Virus record (IMG/VR): IMGVR_UViG_3300045936_000225
Coordinates: 2,258-66,257 of that record
DNA length: 64,000 bases
From: a virus
Direction: 5' to 3' (one strand)
Shown here: one piece after another, positions 18,939 through 28,953 of the stretch
Layout: each line of letters begins with the position of its first letter
How positions within the stretch are numbered: the stretch's first letter is position 1
The notes under the pieces: generated by a model
The model's input: the letters and a program-made list of their open reading frames with translations, nothing else
Databases searched by the model: none
What the model was told of the DNA's origin: nothing
Translations under genes and position numbers: made by a program

Positions 18939-19153
18939 ACGGCAAGAATGCAGCGCTGCTGATCGAACTCGCCCTTGCGCTCACGATTCGCCTGCAGGAG
19001 ATCCAGCTCCTGTTCCAGAAGGCAGCCGTCGAAGGCCGTGACGTGACCGACGAGGAGATCGCCGAGTTCCGTAGCAAGGACGATGCTGCGGCCAAGGCAC
19101 TCGACATCGCCATCGCGCAGAAGCGCGAGCGCGAGGCCGCGACCGGAGGCTGA
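18935..19153 (+). CDS. small hypothetical protein
   Basis: GTGA overlap with upstream gene. Confidence 0.3.
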   Translation: MNGKNAALLIELALALTIRLQEIQLLFQKAAVEGRDVTDEEIAEFRSKDDAAAKALDIAIAQKREREAATGG

Positions 19154-19158
19154 TTGCG

Positions 19159-19674
19159 ATGTGGGCAGCTGCAGGAAAGATCTTTGGCTTCTTTGCTCCA
19201 CCGAAGAGTGAGGACTTGGTTGACATGCTTGAGGTGAAGGACCAAGAGAACTACAAGAAGGCGTACAAGATACTGTCCGCTCTCAAGTGGTTCAACCGCA
19301 AAGTTGCCATGACCATGACTGCAGCTGCCCTATTCGCTGCCTGGATGTTCACGCCTTATGGTTTCGTTTGGGCTGGTGATCAGAAGGTTTACGTCAATGA
19401 TGCTGTCGAGAAAGTCCAGCAGACGGTTGACACCAAGATCAAAGCTGTGGAAGATCAGCTAGTTGCCATCAAGAGCCAGAACGTTTTGATGCAGAGCTTG
19501 CTCAACGAACTGGTCTCCGAGAAGGTAGCGACTGACATCTGCCGCACTTATCAGCGCTGGATCAAAGAGGCTAATCGCCCTGAGCGTCTGGCAATTCGCG
19601 CAGAGCTCGATAGTTATCAGGCGCGATACAAGACTCGCACTGGCGAGAATTATCCGGAGGTTCGCTGCCAATGA
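19159..19674 (+). CDS. N-terminal TM + periplasmic coiled-coil protein (i-spanin-like)
   Basis: GGAGG Shine-Dalgarno. TM segment AMTMTAAALFAAWMFTPYGFVWAG, followed by a coiled-coil region. Confidence 0.45.
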   Translation: MWAAAGKIFGFFAPPKSEDLVDMLEVKDQENYKKAYKILSALKWFNRKVAMTMTAAALFAAWMFTPYGFVWAGDQKVYVNDAVEKVQQTVDTKIKAVEDQLVAIKSQNVLMQSLLNELVSEKVATDICRTYQRWIKEANRPERLAIRAELDSYQARYKTRTGENYPEVRCQ

Positions 19675-20315
19675 GCACTTCAATGACCTTCACTTCGCTG
19701 AAGGAAGACGTGCGACGCTATCTGGAGCGTGGCGGCACTTCTGACACGACCGTGTTCGCACAGATTCCATCCCTGATCGGCCTTGCTGAGCGCGCTATCG
19801 CTCGCAAGCTGAAAGTCACCGGCACCGTCAATGTCGTGACGAGTACGCTCGTGGCAGGCACGAACGTCTATGCGAAGCCTGATCGCTGGCGCAAGACGAC
19901 GAGCATGGAGTTCGGTCTCGGCACCGAGCAGGAGCGCACGCCTCTGTTCGCTCGCAGCTACGAGTACTGCCGCGAGTACTGGCCGAATCCGACGCTTCAG
20001 GACGTGCCGCAGTTCTATGCGGACTACAACTACGGCAACTGGTTGATCGTGCCGACACCCGTCGCAACGGTGCCGTGGCAGATCATCTACTACCAGCAGC
20101 CACCTTTGCTAGAGGACGCGAACCAGACGAACTGGCTCACTGACCTCGCGCCGGCTGCTCTGCTCTATCGCACTCTTCTGGAGTGCGAGCCATTCCTCAA
20201 GAACGATGCGCGCATTCAGACGTGGCGCGGATTGTACGACGAGGCCACTGAAGCGATTGCAATCGAAGACCTGGAAAAGATGACGGATCGCAGTAGCGAC
20301 CGCACGGGAGACTGA
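19671..20315 (+). CDS. hypothetical structural protein
   Basis: ATGA overlap with the upstream gene. Confidence 0.45.
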   Translation: MSTSMTFTSLKEDVRRYLERGGTSDTTVFAQIPSLIGLAERAIARKLKVTGTVNVVTSTLVAGTNVYAKPDRWRKTTSMEFGLGTEQERTPLFARSYEYCREYWPNPTLQDVPQFYADYNYGNWLIVPTPVATVPWQIIYYQQPPLLEDANQTNWLTDLAPAALLYRTLLECEPFLKNDARIQTWRGLYDEATEAIAIEDLEKMTDRSSDRTGD

Positions 20316-20316
20316 A

Positions 20317-22107
20317 ATGGGCTTCAACGACACCTTTGGCGGCTCGGCCATCTATCCCAGTGATGCGACTTACGTCGAGCTTGCGCTCACAGCCGACGTG
20401 GAGCTGAGCTGGCCGATCGAGCAGCAGATCGGTGGCGACAACATCGTGGCCGACATCCTCGACCTCGATGCCAGCTTGCCAGGCCTGTCGGTCACGCTGC
20501 CGGATGCGCGCAATGCCACGCAGGGATTCACTACCCTGTTCAACAACGTCGGCGCCGAATCTGTCACGATCAAGAACTCTGCCGGCGGAACGATCGCGTC
20601 AGTCTCGCCCGGCTCTGCCTGGCAGATCTACCTGAGCGACAACTCGACGGCTGCCGGCACGTGGCGCACCTTCCAGTACGGCGCGTCTGTTTCGGTAGTT
20701 GACGCTGCTGCCCTCGTGGGCAACGGCCTGATCAACATCGGCATCGCCCTGTCACTGAATTTTGCTGTCACAGAGATCAGCTCGACTCCAACGACCCTCG
20801 ACTCTGACTCTCGCGCTCGCCTCTTCAACTGGACCGGCGGCGTTGGAGTGGTGGACGTCTCGTCTCCTGCCTCGCTCGGCAATGGCTGGGTTACGATGCT
20901 GCGCAACAGTGGCAGCGGTAACATCACCGTCACTCCGGCCTCAGGAACGATCGACGGAGAAGCGACCAAGGTGCTTGCGCCCGGCTCCTCCCTGTTCATC
21001 GTATCTGATGGTACCAACTTCATCACGATGATCTCGTCGGACTCTGGCTCCGGCGGCTTCAACCTGCTCTCGATCAACGTTGCCGGTGGCGGCGACTACA
21101 CGCTATCAGGCGTTCAGATCGGTCAGGTTGGATATCAGTTCACCGGTTTGCTGACGGCAAATCGCAACATCATCGTGCCGAATACGATCGCCGAGTACTG
21201 GATCGACAACCAGACCGCGGGAGCTTTCACCCTCACGGTGAAGACTGCAGCTGGCACCGGCATCACTGTGACGCAGGGTAATCGTGCGATCCTGTACTGC
21301 GATGGCACGAATGTTCTGGACGCGAACTCAGCCACAGCACTCTCGCTGCCGCTGTCCATCGCGAATGGCGGAACGGGTGGTAACTCGCAGGCAACGGCTC
21401 AGGCTGCGCTGAATGTTCCTCCGACCAGTCGGTCTATCTCTGCAGGCACCGGACTGACTGGCGGCGGCGACCTGTCCGCGAACCGCACTCTGACCCTCGC
21501 CAACACAGCAGTGACACCTGGCAGCTACACCTTCGCTTCCATCACCGTGGACGCGCAAGGTCGCTTGACGGCAGCTGCGAGCGGTGCAGCCCTCGCCAAC
21601 TTGACCATCACCAACGCGGGTGGCGGTGCTCCTGGAGTGACCTACAATGGTGGCGGTGCGATCACCATCGACTACTCCACGGTAGGTGCGCCGAAGGCAG
21701 ATGGCACTGGCGCGAGCGGCACTTGGGGGATCAACATCACCGGAAGCGCTGCGACGGCAACGAACGCTACCAACGCGACCAATGCAACGAACGCTACCAA
21801 CGCGACCAATGCTTCAGTGGCAGCCAAGGCATACTTGCCGCAGAATGGTGGCGGTCTGGCGAATGGTGAGATCTATCTCGCCGGTGCAGGCTTCACCATC
21901 AACACCGGCACCTTGGTCGCTGGCGGAACTTACAGCGTGTTCAACAACTCAGGCTCTGCGATCACGATCACGCAAGGCGTTGGCGTGAACCTGATACTGG
22001 CCGGCGACGGTACCATCAGCAATATCATCGTGGCGCCATACGGCATCGCTACCATTCTCTGCACGACCAACAACGTGGGTATCGTCACCGGCAACGTATC
22101 CATATGA
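20317..22107 (+). CDS. tail fibre protein 2 with (TNA)n repeat
   Basis: 596 aa. C-terminal ~90 aa are homologous to the C-terminus of fibre 1 (TITQG ... LAG ... YGI.TI ... GNV). Contains a perfect 2 x 27-bp tandem repeat. Confidence 0.7.
   Translation: MGFNDTFGGSAIYPSDATYVELALTADVELSWPIEQQIGGDNIVADILDLDASLPGLSVTLPDARNATQGFTTLFNNVGAESVTIKNSAGGTIASVSPGSAWQIYLSDNSTAAGTWRTFQYGASVSVVDAAALVGNGLINIGIALSLNFAVTEISSTPTTLDSDSRARLFNWTGGVGVVDVSSPASLGNGWVTMLRNSGSGNITVTPASGTIDGEATKVLAPGSSLFIVSDGTNFITMISSDSGSGGFNLLSINVAGGGDYTLSGVQIGQVGYQFTGLLTANRNIIVPNTIAEYWIDNQTAGAFTLTVKTAAGTGITVTQGNRAILYCDGTNVLDANSATALSLPLSIANGGTGGNSQATAQAALNVPPTSRSISAGTGLTGGGDLSANRTLTLANTAVTPGSYTFASITVDAQGRLTAAASGAALANLTITNAGGGAPGVTYNGGGAITIDYSTVGAPKADGTGASGTWGINITGSAATATNATNATNATNATNATNASVAAKAYLPQNGGGLANGEIYLAGAGFTINTGTLVAGGTYSVFNNSGSAITITQGVGVNLILAGDGTISNIIVAPYGIATILCTTNNVGIVTGNVSI
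21757..21810 (+). repeat. perfect tandem duplication, 2 x 27 bp (gcaacgaacgctaccaacgcgaccaat), encoding (ATN)n inside fibre gene 2
   Basis: Read directly from the sequence. The protein carries seven tandem N-A-T triplets. Confidence 0.85.
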
Positions 22108-23663
22108 GCACCAGCAACATGACGCCAATCACTATCAGCTCCGCGCCGGGCATCCAGCGCGACGGCACGTTATTGGCAGGCGAGGGCTTCGTCGACGGCG
22201 AGTGGGTTCGCTTTCAGCGAGGCTTGCCGCGCAAGATGGGCGGCTATCGGCAGGTGAGTCCAAGCCTTGCTGAACTCGCACGCGGAATGCGCGCTGACAT
22301 GAGCGGCAACTCCATCTACCTGCATATCGGAAGCACCTCGTATCTCACACAGGTGGTTACGAATCAGCAGGGCATCCTCTCTGGTCAGTTCAATCGCACT
22401 CCTGTCGGATTCGTTCCTGATGACAATCACTTGTGGACGCTCGATACGTTCACGGAGACGCTTGGTGGCACCCTTCAGATCATCGGTTGCGCTACCAACA
22501 CGCTTCTGGACATCGCAGACAATACAGAGAAGACGATCTATTTCGGACCGCTGACCACGACAGCTCAGCTCACAGCAGCTTTCGCTGGCGATCCGATGGG
22601 CGCGGGAGTCTCTGGCGGCGTAGTCGCTCTGTGGCCGTTCTTCATGGGATACGGTTCGGATGGCGAAGCGAAGTGGACTGCGCCGAACGATCTGACTGCG
22701 TGGAATACCAGATATCACCTGACAGGCTCGAAGATCGTCAAGGGCATGCCGATGCGCGGCAACGGCAATGGACCTGCCGTCATCCTATGGTCTCTGACTG
22801 ACGTCATCGTCGGGCAGTTCGTAGGCTTTGACTCCACAGCAAGCAGCTACGTCTTCAATTTCACCACTGTGTCGACTCAGTCGTCAGTTCTGTCGTCGCA
22901 GGGCTTCATCGACTACGACGGCGTCTACTACTGGGTTGGCGTTGATTCCTTCAAGATGTTCAATGGCGTTGTTTCGGAGATACCGAATAACAAGAACGTC
23001 AATTGGTTCTTCGACAACCTGAACTTCGTGCAACGCCAGAAGGTGTTTGCTTACAAGGTGCCACGTTTCGGTGAAATCTGGTGGTGCTTCCCTTTCGGAA
23101 CTGCCACCGAGTGCACGCATGCAGTAGTATACAACATCCGCGAGAGGACTTGGTACGACACCGAGTTGCCTGCGTCAATGCGCACTGCCGGAGCTTTCGC
23201 GCAATCGTATCGCTTTCCGTTCATGTGCGACGCCACTGTCAATTCGGTCACGAGCGACTACACGCTCTGGCAGCATGAAACAGGCGTTGATGAAATCACC
23301 AATACGCCGAATGCAGTCAAAGCTATTCGTGCGCGCATCCGCACCGGAGAGTTCAGCCCTATCCTGTCTGGTCAGGATCAAGGCTTCCGTATCTCTCGCA
23401 CGGAGCCTGACTTCATTCAGGTCGGTCCGATGACTGTTCGCGTGATCAGCCGCGCGAATGCGCGTGCTCCGGAAGTGGCAGGCGAGATCTTCACTTTCGA
23501 CGCTCCGCCTGCAGCTGCACCTGAAGACCAGCCCGTGAACATGAAGGAGGCCAAGCGATTGATGGCCCTGGAGTTCGAGTCCAACGTTGCCGGCGGCGAT
23601 TTCCAGATGGGCAAGACTCTGGCGTATGTGGCACCAGAAGACATGAGGAATACAGGACCATGA
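22104..23663 (+). CDS. tail/structural protein
   Basis: 519 aa, ATGA-coupled to fibre 2. Confidence 0.5.
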   Translation: MSTSNMTPITISSAPGIQRDGTLLAGEGFVDGEWVRFQRGLPRKMGGYRQVSPSLAELARGMRADMSGNSIYLHIGSTSYLTQVVTNQQGILSGQFNRTPVGFVPDDNHLWTLDTFTETLGGTLQIIGCATNTLLDIADNTEKTIYFGPLTTTAQLTAAFAGDPMGAGVSGGVVALWPFFMGYGSDGEAKWTAPNDLTAWNTRYHLTGSKIVKGMPMRGNGNGPAVILWSLTDVIVGQFVGFDSTASSYVFNFTTVSTQSSVLSSQGFIDYDGVYYWVGVDSFKMFNGVVSEIPNNKNVNWFFDNLNFVQRQKVFAYKVPRFGEIWWCFPFGTATECTHAVVYNIRERTWYDTELPASMRTAGAFAQSYRFPFMCDATVNSVTSDYTLWQHETGVDEITNTPNAVKAIRARIRTGEFSPILSGQDQGFRISRTEPDFIQVGPMTVRVISRANARAPEVAGEIFTFDAPPAAAPEDQPVNMKEAKRLMALEFESNVAGGDFQMGKTLAYVAPEDMRNTGP

Positions 23664-23842
23664 GTAAATGGGGAGTTGTCCACAACGAAGCTGACAGCAG
23701 CCGTCACGTCGTTCCGTGCGATCAGTCCGGCGTGGTTCTGCCGCATCACCAGACCGTCAAGGACTGTCAGTGTTGCAAGTATGAGGTCAAGGAAGGCTTC
23801 ATCGTCCACAAGGATCCAGAGCGCGGCGGTGTGAACGCATGA
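23660..23842 (+). CDS. small Cys-rich protein
   Basis: ATGA overlap. Confidence 0.35.
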   Translation: MSKWGVVHNEADSSRHVVPCDQSGVVLPHHQTVKDCQCCKYEVKEGFIVHKDPERGGVNA

Positions 23843-24069
23843 TCATCAATCCGGACGGTATGAGCTTTGGTTCCTGGGCTAATGCCGTGGCTCAGCAGGT
23901 CGGCATGCAGAGCGACACTGTTCGCCTGTTCCAAGACGAGGGCTGGCGCGATTGGTCAAAGAAGTTGATTGCGCTACCTGTCATAGCTAATCAGTCGCCG
24001 CCGCGCCCTGACTACTTCGACGAATGGCCGGCATGGGCCGAAGCTTTCAACCGTTCCGTTCAATACTAG
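23839..24069 (+). CDS. small hypothetical protein
   Basis: ATGA overlap. Confidence 0.4.
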   Translation: MIINPDGMSFGSWANAVAQQVGMQSDTVRLFQDEGWRDWSKKLIALPVIANQSPPRPDYFDEWPAWAEAFNRSVQY

Positions 24070-24073
24070 GACT

Positions 24074-24101
24074 TTACTCCATGGGCGTCTTAAGCTATAA
24101 T
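24074..24101 (+). promoter_or_regulatory. promoter F: CTTTAC - 16 nt - TATAAT, ending 6 nt before ATG 24108 (leaderless transcript likely)
   Basis: gactttactccatgggcgtcttaagctataatagcagcATG. Confidence 0.45.
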
Positions 24102-24107
24102 AGCAGC

Positions 24108-24530
24108 ATGTTGAACCAGAATCTGTCAGATGACAGCTTCTGGAGGTATGGCGGTCCCCCGCCGCAGGCTGCACAGTCGCCAGCGCAAGCTTTCCAGGCC
24201 CCTCAGCCTCCGCAAGCCTTTGCACAGCCTGGCGCGCCCGGTAGCGCCCAAGCGCCCGCTGCAATGCTTTCCCGAGGCGGCCAGCCATTCGCAGGTGCTG
24301 GGCCTGTTGCCGGCGCTGGCGACGGCAGGGAAGATCTCATCGACGCCAAGCTGAGCGACGGCGAATACGTCTTTGACGCCGAGACCGTTTCATTGCTAGG
24401 CAATGGCAGCACCGACGCGGGTGCAGCCAGACTTGATCAACTTCGCCAGCGCATTCGCGCTCACAAAGGCGCCGAACTCTCCAAGGGCAAGTTCAGCCCA
24501 GATGCACTGTCTCCTGAGGAGTATCTATAA
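24108..24530 (+). CDS. P/Q/A-rich hypothetical protein (start uncertain)
   Basis: Track ORF 24024..24530. The ATG at 24108 sits just after the promoter -10. Confidence 0.35.
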   Translation: MLNQNLSDDSFWRYGGPPPQAAQSPAQAFQAPQPPQAFAQPGAPGSAQAPAAMLSRGGQPFAGAGPVAGAGDGREDLIDAKLSDGEYVFDAETVSLLGNGSTDAGAARLDQLRQRIRAHKGAELSKGKFSPDALSPEEYL

Positions 24531-25837
24531 TGGGCTGGCTCGAATCTGCAATCGACATTGGCAAGGACGTCCTGTCAAGCAACAAGGGCAAGATTGCCAG
24601 CGGTATCGCAGGCGCTGTGCTCGGCTCTGGCAGCAAGAAGAGCGGTGCTGGCGAATCAACCAGCGGCACTACCTCTGGCAGTACAATCACCCAGATGCCT
24701 GCCTGGATGAATGACTATGCCCGTCAGCTGATGACTCAGCAGACGAACCTGAGCAATCAGGGTCACATTCCATACAACGCTGCTCAGGTTGCAGAGATGT
24801 CGCCAGACCAGCAAGCTGCCGCAGGAATTGTGCGCGGCAACACAGGTCAGGCTGGCGCTGTCATCACTGACGCGATGGGGAATTACAACCCGAATGCCGG
24901 TACTGGCATGCTAGCGAAGGCTGGCAACTACCTTGACAACGCTGGCAAATCCTGGCTCGATCCGGGTGTCAGCGAAAACTACATGACTGACTTCCAGGCC
25001 CACGTCACCAATCCTGCAGTCTCTCAGGCGATGCGTACCTGGAACGAGCAGATCAATCCTGGCATCCAAGGGACGTTTGCAGGATCGAAAGGAGTCGGTG
25101 CTTTCGGGTCAGATGCCATGGCACGCACCATGGCCAATGCCGGCGTCGATCTTTCGACGAAGCTCGGCGAAAGCATGGCAGGATATCTCAACACTGGCTA
25201 TTCCCAGGGCATGGGTCAACACAACACCGAGAACACCCAGCGCGGCCAGCTTGCGACAATTGCTGGCAATCTTGGCACGACCGAGGCTGGCATGGCAGGG
25301 GATGCCCTCAACAATCAGATTCGTGGCGCGAGCGCCTGGCAAGGCGCTAACGCAGCCGACGTTTCTGCTCTCCAGAACGTTGGCGCCCAGCAGCAGGCGA
25401 TTGACCAGAAGAAGCTGGATGTCGCCAGAACCGACTGGGACGATGCGAACGCCTATTCTCAGAATCAGATCAAGCAAGGTGCAGGCCTTCTCGGTCAACT
25501 GGCAGGCAACGTCGACAAGTCCGTCGTCAATTCCAGTGCCACTACCGGCGCCAAGCAGGGCACCAATTATGTGGATCCTCTCACCGGTGCCATCCAGGGC
25601 ATGGAGCAAGCCGGCCAGTGGGGAGAGATTCTCGGCACCCTCGGCAAGAATACTGGCGTGGTTGGCCCGAAGATGGATCCTCGACAGATGCCGACTGGTG
25701 GCCCTACAGGGAAGCCGACGGAAATTACAGAAGAGATTCCCGGCGACGGCTGGGCGCGCGGTGGCCGCGTTCCTGGCGGAATGCTTCGCCGACTCGCTGA
25801 ATCTGATCGGAGAGCTCGCGGCGGGAGGGCCTACTGA
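24530..25837 (+). CDS. internal virion protein (G/Q/N-rich)
   Basis: 435 aa, low-complexity G/N/Q-rich. Typical composition for podovirus internal or ejection proteins. Confidence 0.5.
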   Translation: MGWLESAIDIGKDVLSSNKGKIASGIAGAVLGSGSKKSGAGESTSGTTSGSTITQMPAWMNDYARQLMTQQTNLSNQGHIPYNAAQVAEMSPDQQAAAGIVRGNTGQAGAVITDAMGNYNPNAGTGMLAKAGNYLDNAGKSWLDPGVSENYMTDFQAHVTNPAVSQAMRTWNEQINPGIQGTFAGSKGVGAFGSDAMARTMANAGVDLSTKLGESMAGYLNTGYSQGMGQHNTENTQRGQLATIAGNLGTTEAGMAGDALNNQIRGASAWQGANAADVSALQNVGAQQQAIDQKKLDVARTDWDDANAYSQNQIKQGAGLLGQLAGNVDKSVVNSSATTGAKQGTNYVDPLTGAIQGMEQAGQWGEILGTLGKNTGVVGPKMDPRQMPTGGPTGKPTEITEEIPGDGWARGGRVPGGMLRRLAESDRRARGGRAY

Positions 25838-28800
25838 TGGCTGGCGCAAACAACTGGGATACGGTCGACGAAGAGGCAGCCGCTGCCTATCCGGAATACT
25901 ACGTCGACGACGCGCCTGCACCTGGAGCTCCAGGGCAGATGCCGACTGCCACCGACATCGGTGCAGCAACGGCTCAGGCGCAGTATGACATCTATCACCC
26001 TGCTTCCGATCCTGAGCAGTTCCGTCTCGCCAAGCAGTATGCGATGGCTGGCGACAACCTGGACAAGGAACTCGAGGATCTTCTCGGTCAGCGCGACAAG
26101 CAAATTCCGAGCACCGTCGAGCGGCTGAAGGCTGCACGAGCGCGGCTGGAAGGTCGTCCTCTCCTTGGCAACGATCCGAATACGCGTCTTCGCGTCATGG
26201 CAGCTGCAGGCGCCGATGGCACCTGGGCTGACAACTCGGCCGCTCGCGCCAAGGGTCTTCTGGCTCATGACCAGAACGTCTACAACCAGGAAACGCAGCG
26301 ACAGGGCGCTCTCGACGTCTACGATGATGCGATCGAGGGAACGCAGACCAAGGGCATCGACGCCCAGATCACGGCGCTGCAGAAGCGTATCGCCGAGCGC
26401 AACGATCTGCGTCAGAAGTACATGGGCATGCGCCCGCCTGCTGGTCGTTCCGGCGGCGCTGGCACTGCAGAGGTGAAGGCCGGACTGCAAGCTGAGGAGG
26501 ATCAGGTTCAGGTCAACGCTCAGATGGCGGACCTGGATCAGCTGATCGAATGGGGCGATGCCGCCGCATCGGAAGGCGTCAGCTTCTCTGGCCCGACTTC
26601 GTGGCAGGCTTTCTCCCCATATCTCGGTGGTCTGACCGAGAAGATCTTCGGGCCTGGATCCAAGGAGCAATTCGTCCGGCAGACTGGCGGCTTCGGCGAC
26701 GAAATGCGTCAAAAGGCAGAACGCATCACGCAGGCGTCATTGCGCCCGATCCTGGGTGCTCAGTTCACGCAAGTTGAAGGTCAGAACCTGCTTGCTCGTG
26801 CATATGACGTCACCAAGGACTGGCCAGTCAACAAAGCGCGTATGATGGCTCTTCGGTATCAGCTGGAGAACCTCAGCGACGTGAATCGCGCGCGCATCGC
26901 AGCTATCCGCTCCAGTCCTCCGGATCGAATGACCGCTGGTGCACGCAGGGCAGCTTACGATCTGAAGATGGATCTCGAGTATGCAATGGAGCGCGCTGGT
27001 GACGCTGCCATGCAGTCTCTCGGCTTGCGGCCAGGAGGTGCTGGAGCTGCGCCTGCTGCCGATGCAGGTCAAGGCTACGACGAGCAGTTCCTGCAGGACA
27101 TGGCGAATCCAGAGTACCGCGCCAACGCTTCTGCCGACGAGCTGGAAGTCTATGCCGAATATCTGGAGAGCCAGATCGGTGAACAGCCTGCTGCGACGCC
27201 TGCTCCTGCGCCGAAGAAGGAAACTTCCGGGATCATCGACTACGTTTTTCGTCCCTCACTCAAGAAGGCGAAGGGTGGCGCCGTCAAGCTGGCAGAGGGC
27301 GGCGATGCAGCTGAGGAGCGAAGGCAACAGGCTCTCGCGCGCATACAGGCTGCAGAAGCTGCTCACAAAGAGACTTCGACGATCCCTGCCAGCCTGCGCC
27401 GCGAGATCGACGATGAGCAGAACGACAACCCATTCGAGACGGCCATAGGCCTCGTCCCGGAAGCACTCCGCGGCATCGTCGGCGGATATGCAGGGTACAA
27501 GGCCAAGCCTTTCATGACCGACGCCTACAATGCAGTCACGAGCAATCCTGGCCAGCGAGTGGTCGCTCAGGGTTACATCGACGATCAGTCCGAGATCGCC
27601 GATGCCGTTCCCGAGCTTCGCCGCAAGCAGACGACATACGGTCAGTCTGGTGCTGAACTGATCGATGTGATGCCGCGCTCGGTCCGTCAGAACGTCGTGG
27701 CGCCTGCGATGGCTTCTGCACCTGCAGCGGGCCGTCAGTTGCAGAAGGGTCGGGAAGCTCAGAACGAGGAGGCGAAGAAGACTCGTATCCCTCAGGCAGT
27801 CATCACCGGACTGTCTGCTGATCACCCTTACGAGCAGGCATATCAGTCGCTAAAGGATGCGCGCAAAGCTGCTGGCGATCCAGAGTTCGGTGCCGTCTGG
27901 CAGGCTCATCCTTCGATGAAGGGTACTCGTGAGCTGAATGGCCTGATCAAGCAGCTGCAGGACAGCGCTGTTGGCCGCATCGCCCTGAACAACGCTCGTC
28001 AGGAATGGACGCGTCGGCAACGTGACGGCGAGGTGCCTGCAGGCTCTCCTGTAGGACGAGGTCCTGGTGGATTCGGCCCTTACACGACCGAGTATTTGCA
28101 CACGATTCAGAGTCACCTGTACGATTTGATGCGCAAGACGGAAGGTCTCCATTCCATGGAGGCTCAGTCTCTGCGCAATCCGTTAATCGAGTACATGGAC
28201 CGTAGCACAGGTGGCGCTCAGTCGCCATATGCCTCTGCTCGTGCCAACTGGGCTGCCAACAGTCGCGGCATGGAAGCGATGGAGACCGGTCTGAACGAAG
28301 TGCTCAAGATGCGCCCCGATGAGTTTGGCGCTCTCTGGGCTACACTTGATCCTGTGCAGAAAGAGCACATGCGAACTGGTATCGCCAACGCGATCGATCG
28401 TGACGTGGTCAACAGGGCCTCAGACGCCAATCCGGCTCATGCGCTGCTGAATCGCCCTGCTACCAAGGAAATTCTGCAGATCGCTGCAGAGACTCCTGCA
28501 CGTTACAAGGCTATGGTCAAGCGCCTGGAGTCGGAGCGTGATTCCTGGGATATCGCCCAGCAGGAAGCTCGCCGCAATATCAACCCGGTCACTGAAGAGC
28601 GTCGTCGCCGATCGACCGGCAACGCGGTTGACAACAAGGTCACTCGTCTGATCGCCGGCCTGGATCGCCTGCGCCACCCGATGAACTGGTTCAACGCGCA
28701 GGAACAGCGCGGCTCCGAGCCGATGTCTCGCAAGCGTGGAGAGCAGGTGATCGGTGCCGCGCGCACCGGCAGCTTGCCGGAAGTGGAGCGCCTTGCGCGC

Positions 28801-28953
28801 CTCCAGGGCCGGATGCAGAACAGGAAGCGAGGTGCAGGTTTGCTCGGTCTTCTGTCAGGCAGTTTGGCCGCAGGCGCTCCGTATGCTTTCGAGAGTGATG
28901 AGGAGCGTCTGGAGCGGTTGCGAGAAGAAGCGCGCAAGAGGGTAACGCAGTGA
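25837..28953 (+). CDS. large internal virion / DNA-ejection protein
   Basis: 1038 aa, mixed coiled-coil. ATGA-coupled to neighbours. Confidence 0.55.
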   Translation: MAGANNWDTVDEEAAAAYPEYYVDDAPAPGAPGQMPTATDIGAATAQAQYDIYHPASDPEQFRLAKQYAMAGDNLDKELEDLLGQRDKQIPSTVERLKAARARLEGRPLLGNDPNTRLRVMAAAGADGTWADNSAARAKGLLAHDQNVYNQETQRQGALDVYDDAIEGTQTKGIDAQITALQKRIAERNDLRQKYMGMRPPAGRSGGAGTAEVKAGLQAEEDQVQVNAQMADLDQLIEWGDAAASEGVSFSGPTSWQAFSPYLGGLTEKIFGPGSKEQFVRQTGGFGDEMRQKAERITQASLRPILGAQFTQVEGQNLLARAYDVTKDWPVNKARMMALRYQLENLSDVNRARIAAIRSSPPDRMTAGARRAAYDLKMDLEYAMERAGDAAMQSLGLRPGGAGAAPAADAGQGYDEQFLQDMANPEYRANASADELEVYAEYLESQIGEQPAATPAPAPKKETSGIIDYVFRPSLKKAKGGAVKLAEGGDAAEERRQQALARIQAAEAAHKETSTIPASLRREIDDEQNDNPFETAIGLVPEALRGIVGGYAGYKAKPFMTDAYNAVTSNPGQRVVAQGYIDDQSEIADAVPELRRKQTTYGQSGAELIDVMPRSVRQNVVAPAMASAPAAGRQLQKGREAQNEEAKKTRIPQAVITGLSADHPYEQAYQSLKDARKAAGDPEFGAVWQAHPSMKGTRELNGLIKQLQDSAVGRIALNNARQEWTRRQRDGEVPAGSPVGRGPGGFGPYTTEYLHTIQSHLYDLMRKTEGLHSMEAQSLRNPLIEYMDRSTGGAQSPYASARANWAANSRGMEAMETGLNEVLKMRPDEFGALWATLDPVQKEHMRTGIANAIDRDVVNRASDANPAHALLNRPATKEILQIAAETPARYKAMVKRLESERDSWDIAQQEARRNINPVTEERRRRSTGNAVDNKVTRLIAGLDRLRHPMNWFNAQEQRGSEPMSRKRGEQVIGAARTGSLPEVERLARLQGRMQNRKRGAGLLGLLSGSLAAGAPYAFESDEERLERLREEARKRVTQ

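Noticed and set aside
13390-22107. Diversity-generating retroelement targeting the fibre C-termini
   Set aside because: No reverse transcriptase gene exists in the window, and no nucleotide-level template/variable repeat pair with adenine-specific differences was found. The similarity is at the protein-domain level only.
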